Shown piece after piece: positions 12,078 to 24,239 of a stretch of DNA of 64,000 nt; position 1 is the first letter of the stretch; each line of letters opens with the position of its first letter. The stretch is taken from NCBI RefSeq assembly GCF_001194135.2, contig NC_068992.1, positions 49,403,829-49,467,828 on the forward strand. Reading direction: 5' to 3'. The notes below the pieces were generated by a model that did not search any database, was not told where the DNA came from, and was given only the letters and a program-made list of their open reading frames with translations. Made by a program: the position numbers and the translations under genes. The DNA is from Octopus bimaculoides (Eukaryota).

Positions 12078-12639
12078 ATGTATGTATATATATATAAATG
12101 AAGCTAAATATGGCCAATTGTTGTCAGTAGGGGAGCTGAATCAAGGATACTTTAACAAAGGAGATTCTAATGCTGATGCTGGTGCTGGCGGTGGGAGTTA
12201 GTGGTGGGAAATTATGTGTGTATGTCTAGATGTTTGTATGCTTGAAGATTAAGGGTTTATTTACTTTCGACTTATAAATGCTAAACGAAATAAGCACGAG
12301 GAATGCAACAACAATTCTATTACAACACCAACGCTGAAGTCCAACGAAAAGTATTGATATTTTAGCGACGACAGCTGGTGGTGGAATGTCTGCTGAAGGA
12401 ATTATTCGGAAATAATATAAACAAGAGAAATTGTTTGGTTAAATTAGTTTAAATTGGTTGGTTGGTTGGTTATTGTTGTTGTTCAGTCGAGTTGTCCAGC
12501 GATTCCGTAGATAAATCTATGATGAAAGGCATACCGACCATGACCACCTCTTCATTCTTTCTAGACATAGTATAAAACGATAGGAAGCAATTTGAAGGAA
12601 ATGTGGCTGTTATTCTAGCACCAGACCGAGACCTTAAGC

Positions 12640-13100
12640 CAAGACCTGCTGCTTCAAGTGATACCTTTAAAAAATCTGATTTGTGCTTAGCCAATGGAGA
12701 GGATCCATGACTCTTTCTTCTCTTAATCCCACCCATCGCACTATCGTTTTTACTATAGTAATCAGATAGAGGAAACCTGGGCGTCCTCCATAATTCCCCG
12801 TGCTAAATCGACAAATAAGCAATTCATGGGCACTGAATACGTATGGACGGGATGATTCTCTCACTTTACGATTCGGTTATTGCCGGATCCAGCATGACAG
12901 TACCTGTAAAGGGTTTCTCCTCTCCATTTACGTAGCACTGCTAGATCAAAGACTTTTGGAAATTGTCCATAACCCTTGACCTAAAATTCCTCCAGAAGGA
13001 ATCATTAAGATTATCTTCATTGACGTCCAGAATCGCTCCCAGCTCATTATTGCTCATACATTTTACCAACCCGCCACATCTTGTCAGCGATACTGCTCCA
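12640..13100 (-). mobile_element. Second, older Tx1/L1-like ORF2 3' fragment
   Basis: gtagcactgctagatcaaagacttttggaaattgtccat matches 1980-2020. Minus translation NELGAILDVNEDNLNDSFWRNFRSRVMDNFQKSLI*QCY is homologous to the first copy. Confidence 0.7.
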
Positions 13101-13227
13101 TTAAGTATATTGTCTAACTAGTAAGGTGCAGTGAATGCTTGGTAATATTCTAGAAAACTAATAGACAATAATAAAGACCATAATAGAGAAATAATAAAGA
13201 ATTTCTCTATTATTATGACCAGGATCC

Positions 13228-13609
13228 GTGGAGGCGCAATGACCCAGTGGTTAGGGCAGCAGACTTGCGGTCATAGGATCGCGGTTTCGATTCCCAGACC
13301 GGGCGTTGTGAGTGTTTATTGAGTGAAAACACCTAAAGCTCTACGAGGCTCCGGCAGGGGGAGGTGGCGAACCCTGCTGTATTCTTTCACCACAGCTTTC
13401 TCTCACTCTTACTTCCTGTTTCTGTTGTGCCTGTAATTCAAAGGGTCAGCCTTGTCACACTGTGTCACGCTGAATATCCCCGAGAACTACGTTAAGGGTA
13501 CACGTGTCTGTGGAGTGCTCAGCCACTTGCACGTTAATTTCACGAACTGGCTGTTCCGTTGATCGGATCAACTGGAACCCTCGTCGTCGTAAGCGACGGA
13601 GTGCCAATA
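13228..13609 (+). mobile_element. tRNA-derived SINE family C, full length, with an 11-bp TSD
   Basis: Head gtggaggcgcaatgacccagtggttagggcagc...ggtttcgattccc. TSD atgaccaggat at 13215-13225 and 13610-13620. Near-identical copies at 27097 and 35758. Confidence 0.93.
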
Positions 13610-13699
13610 ATGACCAGGATATCCATTCACTGAGACAATTTAAAAGGGGATAAAAGAAATAACATTTATAAATGAAGCAGGGGCGGAATAACGATACTC

Positions 13700-13797
13700 T
13701 TTTATCTTTTATCTTTTACTTGTTTCAGTCATTTAACTGCGGCCATGTTGGGTCACCGCTTTGAATGTTTAGTCGAACGAATCGACTCCAGGACCGG
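13700..13797 (-). mobile_element. SINE family D 3' tail fragment
   Basis: cttttatcttttatcttttacttgtttcagtcatttaactgcggccatg...gtcgaacgaatcgactcc. Confidence 0.75.
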
Positions 13798-14824
13798 TAG
13801 TTCTGTTGCAACAATAGTTTTCAGAATTTGCTGTTGAGGTGTTCGTTCTGCTCCTGTCTTTTCTTCCTTTCTTCGGTGTGGAAAGCCCACAAGTAGCTTT
13901 TATTGCTTCAACTATAACAGCTGGGATTTCTGCCGTACATCACCAGTCTTACTGAGAGATAACTGTGAACCAGCGACTACTCAATCGGACCCCAGCACCT
14001 CTACTGTATCAGGATACTTCCATATGAATTACCCTAGTTAACAAACAGCAAACTGCTACACATATCTGCTAAAGCTTCATTCAGTTACTTGTTTAAGAGA
14101 ACGCTGTAAAGTCCACGTACACTTCGGGGGACAGACGTATATCATTTTACTTCTTGGACAAATTCCTCAAGCAAGGAAGTATGAACTTTTCTTACAGCTG
14201 CCACTTATTTTCTCCGACTAGATTTTATCAATGCTCAGAAATTATTTTCTGACAAGTAACGATCACAAAATAACTTCCAAAGCCACTAACATTTACATGA
14301 GGCAAAATGCTGTGTGCGTGCGTGTCTGTGTGTTCTTGTTGTTGCTAGATTTTTTGCAGTGAATGTTTTGATTGTTTCTGCTTCCTGTCACAAATAATTT
14401 TTTCCCCTCATTGTGCGCTTCTTTGTTATTAGCTTTATCTGTTTTCCCTTCTTTAAATTTTTGACAACCTTTTTTCCACTATTTTTTTTTTCTGGGTGGG
14501 AGGACAGGAAGACGTAGTCGTCCATATTAATGTAGCTGTTACCCCAAATGTAGTACTCAACATCTTTTCTTGTTACTCCGATGTAAGAAGCTATTTCGGA
14601 AAATGAATGAATGAAACAAAATGAACAAAAAAGTATTTTATACTCAAACAAGACATTAATATCATAAACAGAATTCTCAGCGATACAACAGAGAAAATAA
14701 AATTCCAACCAATTCGAAAATTGATAAAATATTTTTCATAAATGCATACATCTCACGAAAGCTACGTCTTCACAGATTAAAACCTGGCGATGACGACGAC
14801 AACAACGACAATAACAACAACAAT

Positions 14825-14856
<32 letters not shown>

Positions 14857-14879
14857 CGATGATAATTATTTCGTATTTT

Positions 14880-15005
14880 GGCTCTAAGCCAGATGTTTTG
14901 GTGGTAGAAATTAGTTGATAACATCGACCCCAATACTTGACTGCAACTTATTTTATCTACCATGAAAGAATGAAAGGCTAAGTCAACCTCGGTGTAATTT
15001 GAACG
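14880..15005 (-). mobile_element. Degenerate SINE family A, 3' part
   Basis: acatcgaccccaatac...gaaagaatgaaaggctaagtcaacctcggtgtaatttgaac. Confidence 0.65.
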
Positions 15006-15599
15006 CCATTATCTAATGAAGGGGTATGATGTCGAGGCCAGAACATTGCGCAATCAACACAAAGAATATTCCTGAAGATAACAATATAAGTAGTTTTGAG
15101 GATGTAGAGAGCATAGTTACACATATTATGAAAGAAAACGGGTGAAATGTTCTTGTCAAAATCTTGTAAAATGTAGACATAACAGAGCAGACATAATGAA
15201 TGATTTGGGGACAATGTGAAAAAGAAATTATGTGCAGCAGTAGAAAACAGGTGTCTGACAGATGTTAACATAATGTTAAAGGGAAAAGAAAAAAAAGAGA
15301 TATCTATGCTAATCTAATGAGAAATCTGCCGAAACTCCAACTGGGTTATGGTTTTTAGACTCAACCCTGAGATTATTGGAATTATTGATTAACATAACTG
15401 AAATGCGTCAACAACAGTGTTGAGGAGCGAGGTTTCACAAGACCAGAACGGTATCAGTTAACTAGAAGATTCTAGCTACAAGCCGCTGAAGGCACTGTGA
15501 GAATATGTAAAACATTCTCGAAGTTTACCATGTAATAGGGATATATACATACGTAGAGAATACGGACATGTGTATATGCTCATATGCATAAGTTAACAT

Positions 15600-15849
15600 G
15601 TATAGAACTAAGATGAAAACTTGCATATATATTTATCAAAAACACATAAAGATGCATTCGTGTATGTTAGCATACATGTATGCAAACATGTAGACGTAAA
15701 TATATGCGTACATGCATGCATGTACGCATACATAGATACATGGGTCCGTACACGCATGCATACATACATACATACATACATGCATACATACATACATACA
15801 TTCACACATACATACATACGGAGGTACGTATATAAAAACATGTAGATGC

Positions 15850-15900
<51 letters not shown>

Positions 15901-16851
15901 TACACACGTGCACACATGTGTATACAAACATACATAAACGACTGCCCAAATAATGCCTAAATTCCAGTGAAAGAGCCTTATTTCTGGGTAAGAACTGCTT
16001 CATTATTTCGCTATTGGTGAGAAAATGTTAAAAAATCCAGAACATACATACATACACACATACATACATATTCACATACATACATACATATATACATACA
16101 TACATGCATGCATGCATACATACATACATACATACATACATACATACATACATACATACACACATACATGTTTGCATAAATATATCTGTGTACATATATA
16201 TAGATAGACACACACACATATATATCTATATATGTATATATNNNNNNNNNNNNNNNNNNNNNNNNNNNNNNNNNNNNNNNNNNNNNNNNNNNNNNNNNNN
16301 NNNNNNNNNNNNNNNNNNNNNNNNNNNNNNNNNNNNNNNNNNNNNNNNNNNNNNNNNNNNNNNNNNNNNNNNNNNNNNNNNNNNNNNNNNNNNNNNNNNN
16401 NNNNNNNNNNNNNNNNNNNNNNNNNNNNNNNNNNNNNNNNNNNNNNNNNNNNNNNNNNNNNNNNNNNNNNNNNNNNNNNNNNNNNNNNNNNNNNNNNNNN
16501 NNNNNNNNNNNNNNNNNNNNNNNNNNNNNNNNNNNNNNNNNNNNNNNNNNNNNNNNNNNNNNNNNNNNNNNNNNNNNNNNNNNNNNNNNNNNNNNNNNNN
16601 NNNNNNNNNNNNNNNNNNNNNNNNNNNNNNNNNNNNNNNNNNNNNNNNNNNNNNNNNNNNNNNNNNNNNNNNNNNNNNNNNNNNNNNNNNNNNNNNNNNN
16701 NNNNNNNNNNNNNNNNNNNNNNNNNNNNNNNNNNNNNNNNNNNNNNNNNNNNNNNNNNNNNNNNNNNNNNNNNNNNNNNNNNNNNNNNNNNNNNNNNNNN
16801 NNNNNNNAAGAGAGAGAGAGAGAGAGAGACAGAAAGGGGGAGAGAGAGGTA

Positions 16852-16890
<39 letters not shown>
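15600..16890. repeat. (TACA)n / (TA)n / (CA)n / (GA)n microsatellite block around an N gap
   Basis: Seen directly. Confidence 0.95.
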
Positions 16891-16891
<1 letters not shown>

Positions 16892-17019
16892 TGAGAGAGG
16901 GGGTATGCCATTTCGGTGTGTGTCAAAAGCAGCTGTTTGAGTTGGTGCTGGGAACGAGTGACATTATTTGCACACGATTTAACGGGTGTTGTTACTTGGC
17001 TTTTGACGCGTTAACAAAA

Positions 17020-17290
17020 TTACTACCATAGCTACTACCACAACCACTACCACAACCACGACCACCAACCACCACCACTACAAGCACCATCACCATCACC
17101 ATCACCATCACCATCACCACCTCTACCAGAACCACCAGCAACACCACCACCACCACCACCAACACTACCTGCAGCAGCACCACCGCCAGCACCACCACCA
17201 CTACCAGCAACAGCAGCAAGACCACCACTACCACCACCAGCACAATTACTAACTCCAATGCCAACGCTACCAACTCCACTACCAGCACAA
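17020..17290. repeat. Degenerate (ACC/AGC/ATC)n trinucleotide low-complexity tract
   Basis: accaccacc, caccatcaccat and agcagcacc runs. It explains the V-rich and G-rich ORFs. Confidence 0.9.
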
Positions 17291-17355
17291 TATAAAAACA
17301 TTTCTCATGGCACCACTGGCACACTATTTACAGATGTTTACATTTTTAATGTTTT

Positions 17356-17383
17356 CCGTGAAGTTTCCACGGGTCCAGCTAGT
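17356..17383 (+). mobile_element. Helitron-like 3' terminus (hairpin plus CTAG)
   Basis: ccgtg-aagtttc-cacgg hairpin, then gtccag, then CTAG followed by T. The 16-mer cacgggtccagctagt recurs at 17984-17999. Confidence 0.55.
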
Positions 17384-17591
17384 TACTATTATTACCATTC
17401 CAATCATATTTCATAAGTCAAGTTGTTTTTCGCTTGATCCACTCCGAAAGTAAACAGTCATTAATCATAAGGATGATTTTGTAAAGACACGAATCCAGAT
17501 ACAGTGGAACTTAATCATAAACAATTTTTCATCAAAAGACTACTCCCACAAGAATTTATTTTACAGTAGTGTACCTACCAGAAAGTATTGT

Positions 17592-17840
17592 GGAGGTGCG
17601 TGGCTTAGTAGTTAGGGTATTGGACACATGATCGTAATACTATGATTTCGATTCCTGGAGCGGGCGACTCGTCGTGTCCTTGAGCAAAACACTTCATTTC
17701 ACGTTGCTCCAGTAACACTCAACTGGCAAAAAAGAATCCTGCGACGGATCGGTGTCCCGTCCAGGTGAAACTTATACGTCATGAAACCTGGAAATTAGCC
17801 CTTATGAGTCGGCAGGACTCGAGAAGGTGTCCTTTACCTT
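17592..17840 (+). mobile_element. SINE family B with Nin/Meta-like body and (TTTACC)n tail; 16-bp TSD with 1 mismatch
   Basis: A box tggcttagtag and B box atttcgattcc. Body gtgtccttgagcaaaacacttcatttcacgttgctccag...cctgcgacggatcggtgtcccgtccagg...gaaacctgg, tail cctttacctttacc. TSD tacca(g/c)aaagtattgt at 17576-17591 and 17841-17856. Confidence 0.88.
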
Positions 17841-17964
17841 TACCACAAAGTATTGTTGCATTTCTCATGTTGCTCTGCGTTGAAATAATGCTTCCAATAT
17901 GATCTATTTCGTAGCAACGGAAATAATTATTTTAAACATGAAATACAAGGATGTTGTGGCGGTT

Positions 17965-17999
17965 GCATACTCTGTTGAATATTCACGGGTCCAGCTAGT
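17965..17999 (+). mobile_element. Second Helitron-like 3' terminus (degenerate hairpin)
   Basis: ctgttgaatattcacgggtccagctagt shares 16 bp with 17368-17383. Confidence 0.45.
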
Positions 18000-19207
18000 A
18001 TTTATAAATCTTAGTGTTTGCTCTTTTCTGGAATGCATTTATATCCGCGTAATCTCTCGATGTTTTCACAGATGTGTGTATGTTTCATTCCAGATGTACC
18101 AATTACAAATGATGGACAGCAGATTTTTGAATGGCATGTCTTTCTTCAAGAACTAAGTCAGTGTAATTCCATATCTTTTCAGCTCATTTCGGGATTGCTA
18201 TGTCATTCGGGATTGCTATGTCAGTTATTAAGACAGCATTGTTCTTTTTGTCATGATGAATAATACAAGGTTTACTACATGTATTCTAAAGAATGTGTAT
18301 GCTAAAACTCCATTAAGTTTTTTTTGCATTGTCGTTTTCTAAGACAGGTGGGCATTCCTATAGATATGCTATAACATCTTTAACAGTAAACAAAAAATCT
18401 ATTTTCTTTATCCCTGGCACCTGACATCAAACTAAAACATTTTTTAATTGACAGCTGTTTATAATGTTTCAATTCTATAGCGTGTGAAATAATAGCATTT
18501 AAATTCTTTTAAACAAAACAAATTTCTACCTTGAATGGTTTGTAAGAATGTATTTTTACGATAAGAGTCTAGTCTAGGTCACTGACTTACATATTTTGTT
18601 ATGCTAGAAATTCCGGATATTTTTTCCCTTTCTTTCCTTTCTAACTTGTGTAGGCATCCCAACAACCGTGAGAACGTAAATGCGTGAATTAAAATTAACT
18701 TCCCTAGTAACTTCCGGAAATACTATATTAATTGTAACTGTCTTTTCTTTTCTTTTACATCGATAATTCAGATGTCAGGATATCCCATTTAGTACTGTAT
18801 GACATCAACCTTCGGTCATAGGAATGCTGTGGTTGTGAGGAATCAGTTGTAAATTTAGAAATATATGTATTTATTTTTAAAACAGAACTGGCTGAGTCTA
18901 TAAAGTACAATAAAACGACAAGTGAGATATTAGAGGTTTGTAGCGGGCCATCGGCTTTAAAGTGTGTTTATGACCAAGAACTATGACTGAGAACTATGAT
19001 TAAGAAATCAAACTAATCCCATACCATGCCTATATTCAATTTCAATTAATTTAAATTTCCTCTACTTTGCTGGGCCAAAATTAATCATTTAGCTAGTGGG
19101 CTTTTCTACGCATTTGGTGGGCATTTTAATACAAATTTAATTATTAGTTTTTCAAGCAAAGGTGTTCCTAGTCAATATTTCTCCAGTCATTATTTTGTGA
19201 TAAAGAA

Positions 19208-19421
19208 GCCTGCGAGCTGGCAGAATCTAGCCACACCTGGCGAAATGGTTAGCCGCATTTCGTCCGTCTTTACGTTCTGAGTTCAAATTCCGCCGAGTCG
19301 TCTTTGCCTTTCATCATTTCGAAGTCGATAAAATAAGTACCAGTCGAACACTGGAGTCGATATAATAGACTTACACCTTTCCTGAAGTTACTGGCCTTGT
19401 GCTAAAATTTGAAACCATTAG
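19208..19421 (+). mobile_element. SINE family A with a 14-bp TSD
   Basis: Consensus match. tttgtgataaagaa occurs at 19194-19207 and 19422-19435. Confidence 0.92.
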
Positions 19422-19816
19422 TTTGTGATAAAGAAAATATATGAGATATAGTTATGATCTAGAGACTATGACAACCCTGAAATATGTTTATGGGTTGCTC
19501 GTGAAACGGTTGACTGTTTTGCGGGGTGGTGCTCTAGAATGTGTGTGCATGGGCGCGCGAGCATTTTGAGAGAGAATGAGAACGGGAGGAACTGAGAGTG
19601 AAAGAAAATGGCGACGGAGAGAGATGATTTGTTCCCGGCATAACCGGCAACATGTTGATTCTCTTAGTTATAATATGTACAATAACAACAAGGACGATGA
19701 GAACATTTATCCATTTGTCATTGCTTATAGCATTAAAAGCATCACTAATTAGTTGTTTGGAATTACATAATTACTAACTAAATGATTGCGTTTATTTGTA
19801 ATTAATACAATATTTA

Positions 19817-20050
19817 TTTCTTTATTGCCGGCAGGGGGCTAAACATAGAGGGGACAGACAAGGACAAACAAAGGGATTAAGTCGATTACATCGACCCCAG
19901 TGTGTGTAACTGGTACTTATTTAATCGACCCTGAAAGGATGAAAGGCAAAGTCGACGTCGGCGGAATTTGAACTCAGAGCGTAACGGCAGACGAAATACC
20001 GCTAAGTATTTCGCCCGGCGTGCTAATGATCCTGCCAGCTCGCTGCCCTT
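19817..20050 (-). mobile_element. SINE family A, alternative-tail subfamily
   Basis: Standard head and body, but the 3' end reads (plus strand) tttctttattgccggcagggggctaaacatagaggggacagacaaggac. The same tail occurs at 52618. Confidence 0.9.
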
Positions 20051-21236
20051 AATTAATGTATACAATATTAATAATTCAAACGTCGTCGAGACTAAGATTC
20101 GGGTCAAAAATAGTTTGGTGTATGAATCAAGTCATTCACCTTTTTAAATGTTCCTAGGATTGACTTAGACATTCACCCACATCAGGTCGATGAAAATCAG
20201 TGGCTGTTATTAGATTCACCAATCGATTTCAGCAATTTCCTCTACATTTCAATCCCCTGCCAATGTGAAATATCCTTAATTAGGGTTTAATGAGGTACAT
20301 TAATTAGTTGTGTCAATGTAAAAGATCGTTAATTATGGTAATTGGTAGAGAATTTGACTAATAGCATAGCAATGCTACATACTTTAGTTTAAATCTCGCT
20401 GGAGGCAATAGTAAAGTCTTAGTCATGAACTGGGGTCGAGTCAAGTCACTGATTCTTTCACCCTACAGATTTGTAGTCATGTATTAATATTTCGAATTGT
20501 GCCATTCATCTGTCAGCGAAAGGGCATTTAATATACAATACCAGTCCTGTACTGAGGTCGAGTCAATCTATTTACTGTTGCAGTTCAACAAATATGTTTA
20601 AAAATGCTTAAACTAGTATAATGCAGTGTCCACAACACACGGCTTTGTGTATGACTCTTGAGCATCTTCACTACTCCAAGATGGACAGTGTCTTAGACAG
20701 GGATTTCTGATGCAGTGTCAGGTCAATAGATTTTGGAGATATATAATCGATTAGATTGACTTCAATATTTGTGTGCTATATATATTGTCGATTCAAAAGA
20801 ATAAAACATAGAAGTTGTCCCTGGTAGGATTTGAACTCAGAAAATAATTAAATTGTAACTCAGAAAATAGTTAAAACGATTTAAAAGCTATTTAATCTAC
20901 AACTCTATCGATTATGCTCGCGTCAAATATAAATGACATTTGTTGGTTTCCGAATGATTTGCGCTCAAAAAACGCTCGTCCTTAATTATATGTTAAGGAA
21001 TGTTAATGCCTTTGACATGAAAAGTAGTTCCTGCTTCCAAAAGTCAAAAACAATGCCGAATTCTTAAAATATTTCTATGAAGGATGGGCTTAACTATACC
21101 GTAAAGTATGCTGTAAGACACACCTTGTAGTAGACAGAGTGTGTCAAAACGACCTTAAGGTTAAACGTCAAGTATACCACACCAAAAACCTGTAGAGAAG
21201 GACGTGGGAAAATTTCATTGTAACATGAATTACAAT

Positions 21237-21440
21237 TAAGGCGGCGAGCTGGCAGAATCATTTGCCCGCCAGGTAGAATGCTTAGCGGCATTTAGCACGT
21301 CTTTACGTTATGAGTTCAAATTCTGCTGAGGTCCACTTTGCCTTTCATCCTTTTGGGAGTCGATAAAATAAAACCAGTTGAGCCCTGGGGGTCGGTGTAA
21401 TCGACTTACCCCATTCTCGAACTTGCCGGCTTTGTGTATG
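21237..21440 (+). mobile_element. SINE family A
   Basis: taaggcggcgagctggcagaatc...gagttcaaattctgc...gtcgataaaataaaaccagttgag...gtaatcgacttacc. Confidence 0.88.
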
Positions 21441-22974
21441 TTTAATTCCCGAGTGAACTTTGTCTTAGATTTTCTAACACGTGTTGTGCATAATAAAATA
21501 TGCATAGCAAAAGTTTCATATCGTATGTGCAAATCAATTTATCTCTGTCTTTACACTCTTGATAGCAAGTGATTTGTAATACGAAATTTCTTTCAAATAT
21601 AATTGTAACACTTTGAAATATTATTGAATACAGTGGTACTGTTCAAGACAGACCATATGGCGTTGGTAAATCAACTCATGTTTTCTTTCTTTCCAGCTGT
21701 TCTTCAATATTGATCTGGTACTAATTTTCAAAATAATCACTTGTGCTGCTATAATTGCCGCATAAATAAATTTTCTCTTAAGCCGACATAAGCTCACTGC
21801 TGCATTTTTGTTGTGCTTGTCTGATACACAATATAATTGCTCATGCTCTAGACACTCCCAAAAAACATAACTTAGTGCTTCGACAATTAAACTAATGTCC
21901 TAATTGCATTGTATTGACGGATTCTTTGGTTATGCAACGAACAATATATCTTATAGAACTGGTTATAGAAGAACTGGCTACTGCAATGTACCTGTCGAAA
22001 AATGAATAGAGTGTGTTGACTTTGTAGAAGTGTTTGTTGATTAGGTAGAAAAGATGCTTCGCCAGGCGAGTTAAAATATTCTAGCTGAACGGTGGATTAA
22101 ACCAGACTACATTCTTTTCCTGATACAGATTTTTGTGCTTTTCGTAGTGAATGAGACGCATACTATAGTTTTGGAAGTAGCCGCAAGAAATTGACTGGCT
22201 AATTTCGTCAGGAGAAAGACAGTCTGTGTTTATTTATTGCTATAGGTATTTTCTGAAGGAAATTTGGTGAATGTTTAGAATTTGAATGTATCTATAGAGA
22301 TTCACTGGTAGATTTGATTTAGAGTTCATAGCTTAAGATTGTGATTTTGACTACGAAGTTGTCAAATGTCAGATCAGTTTCAATTTTCAGATTGAACATT
22401 TCGAAAGTGGTTATATTTTTACATAGTATCGGCATTGCACCCACTCTGACTCCCACTCAAGTGTTGCTTTGCAAAATAGAAATAGGCCTCCGTGTTCTCA
22501 CAACTTTGTGCTACCGCAACTATTCATGGAAACGTCGAACTTTTCTCCCTGTTCACATACCCAGCCTTCATTCTTGCAAAATAAGTGTGAACGTTTAGAA
22601 CGTACCATAATTTTGAATTTTGTGTGCGTAGATGTAAACTGTATTGCTAGAGAAGAGGGCTTTGGTGATAGGATGTAAATTCGATAAATTTACAACGGTT
22701 TCTCCCGTTGATTTAACTATTAAATCAGTGTGTCTGCGTGCGTGGTGTTTTTCCACATATTTCGTATTGCGGAAGATTTAGCTGAGGACTGAGCTTATTA
22801 AGTTTATATTTATTTAACTTTTCGATGATGAAGTCTTCTTTAATTTCTGTAGGCTTAAGCTGCATTTCAGCGTTTTGTTGAAGATGGCTTTATGGTTTTT
22901 GAGTGTACTGTATGCGTTTCTCAGCAATACAATTAGCTTTAAGTGTAAGCTGTGTTATTTGTATTTTTTTCCAT

Positions 22975-23727
22975 ATACCAGAAGGGACAATCAGAAATAT
23001 TGTCCACAAAGAAATCTTGTACAAATCTTCCATGATGAGGAAAGGTTGAAAAATACAAAGATAAAAACAAAGTAAGACCCTCAGAAGAACATGATATGAT
23101 TTGGTTTTTCTCAGATGAGAAAAATTTTGACAAAGACCAGAAGATTAACAGATGAAATAAATTTCCTACAGTCATGCACACAGAACTTCCTGCAACTGTT
23201 ATTTGGAGTTGTAATTAATGAAGGACGTATGATGCCTTCTCACTTCTTTACACTAGAGTTAACTCTGCTGGCTACATTGAAGTCCTAGAAACAGTTGTCA
23301 AGCCCTGGATAGATAGAGTACGCAATAGAAGGTTTCAGCAGGACTCTACGCCATCACATAAGGCTCAAACAACCCAAGAAGGGATGGCTGAGAATTTTCA
23401 TAACCACATAACTCAATCCATTGGACTACTATGTGTGGAGAGTTGTTGACAGAGAGAGAGATCAATCAACACCCTATAACACCAAGAATTCTTTCAAAGC
23501 CGCCGTAGTTAATGTCCATTATGAACCTGGATAATTTAATTTGGGAATGTAGATGATCCATATTTTGTAGTGAAGCAGTTGTTGATACTAAAGGTGGCTA
23601 CATTGAACAAGATTAGAAGGAAGATAATCGAGTTTATGCATAAACATTTTTTCATTAAAAAGCTTTTCTGTTATTATTTGTATGTTTTTCTAAAAGAACA
23701 AATTTGTCCTTAAATACCTTACGCACG

Positions 23728-23730
<3 letters not shown>
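22975..23730 (+). mobile_element. Decayed maT-like (Bmmar1-type, DD37D-like) Tc1/mariner element, 5'-truncated
   Basis: Frames give EGTIRNIVHKEILYKSSMMRKG, EEHDMIWFFSDEKNFDKDQKINR, PTVMHTELPA, GYIEVLETVVKPWIDRVRN, FQQDSTPSHKAQTTQE, LNPLDYYVW. The right end reads ...acgcacgctg|TA. Confidence 0.85.
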
Positions 23731-23810
<80 letters not shown>

Positions 23811-24102
23811 TGTGTGTGTATGATGTATTGGTGTGTGTCTGTATATGTCTGCAGGTGTGTATATATGTGTGGGTGTGGGTGGGTGTGCATGCGCGTGTAT
23901 GATCTGTATGAGCATGCATACGTGTGTATATATGAGCGTGCACGCGTATATGTTTGTATGTATATATGTATACTCTTACAAGTATGCATATAAACATGAA
24001 ATATTTGCCGATGGGGGATCAAAATTCCATATAATTAAAAGCCAATACAACATGTATTTATATGGTTACACATGTAATAGTAGGTGTGGACATGTTTCAT
24101 AC

Positions 24103-24239
24103 TTTCGACCCGGCGGTGGTGGTGGTGCTGGTGGGGGGCGTGAGTATTTCTTGTTCTCTGGCAATAACACTGAAGACGCCCACGGGATTGGCTGGTAGAA
24201 GATTCTTTAACAGGAAGTTACTTAAATTCGTTAATGTCT
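24103..24239 (-). CDS. Candidate internal exon (phase 1 to 0) of an unidentified host gene
   Basis: AG acceptor and GAAA|gtatga donor. Open frame (E)TLTNLSNFLLKNLLPANPVGVFSVIAREQEILTPPTSTTTTAGSK. Phase-compatible with 25437-25506, but the acceptor is weak and a chance match is possible. Confidence 0.2.

Noticed and set aside
13228-13310. tRNA-like sequences with A and B boxes (also at 5060-5143, 17592 and 21237)
   Set aside because: These are SINE heads. They continue into repeated SINE bodies, have TSDs and lack a full cloverleaf.
14388-14708. Minus ORF with SYIGVTRKDVEYYIWGNSYINM (weak C-type-lectin-like or EF2-like look); the plus strand also offers a 75-nt AG..GT unit
   Set aside because: The similarity is too short and ambiguous, the ORF is padded by A-rich sequence, and there are no supporting neighbouring exons.
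16992-17324. Val-rich and Gly-rich ORFs resembling membrane or glycine-rich proteins
   Set aside because: They are a degenerate (ACC)n tract read on the reverse strand, with no splice or homology support.
19540-19680. GC-richer patch with aaaATGGCG (promoter- or start-like) and a ccggcataaccgg hairpin
   Set aside because: The ORF is only 11 codons and has no donor. It cannot be distinguished from a decayed TE end.
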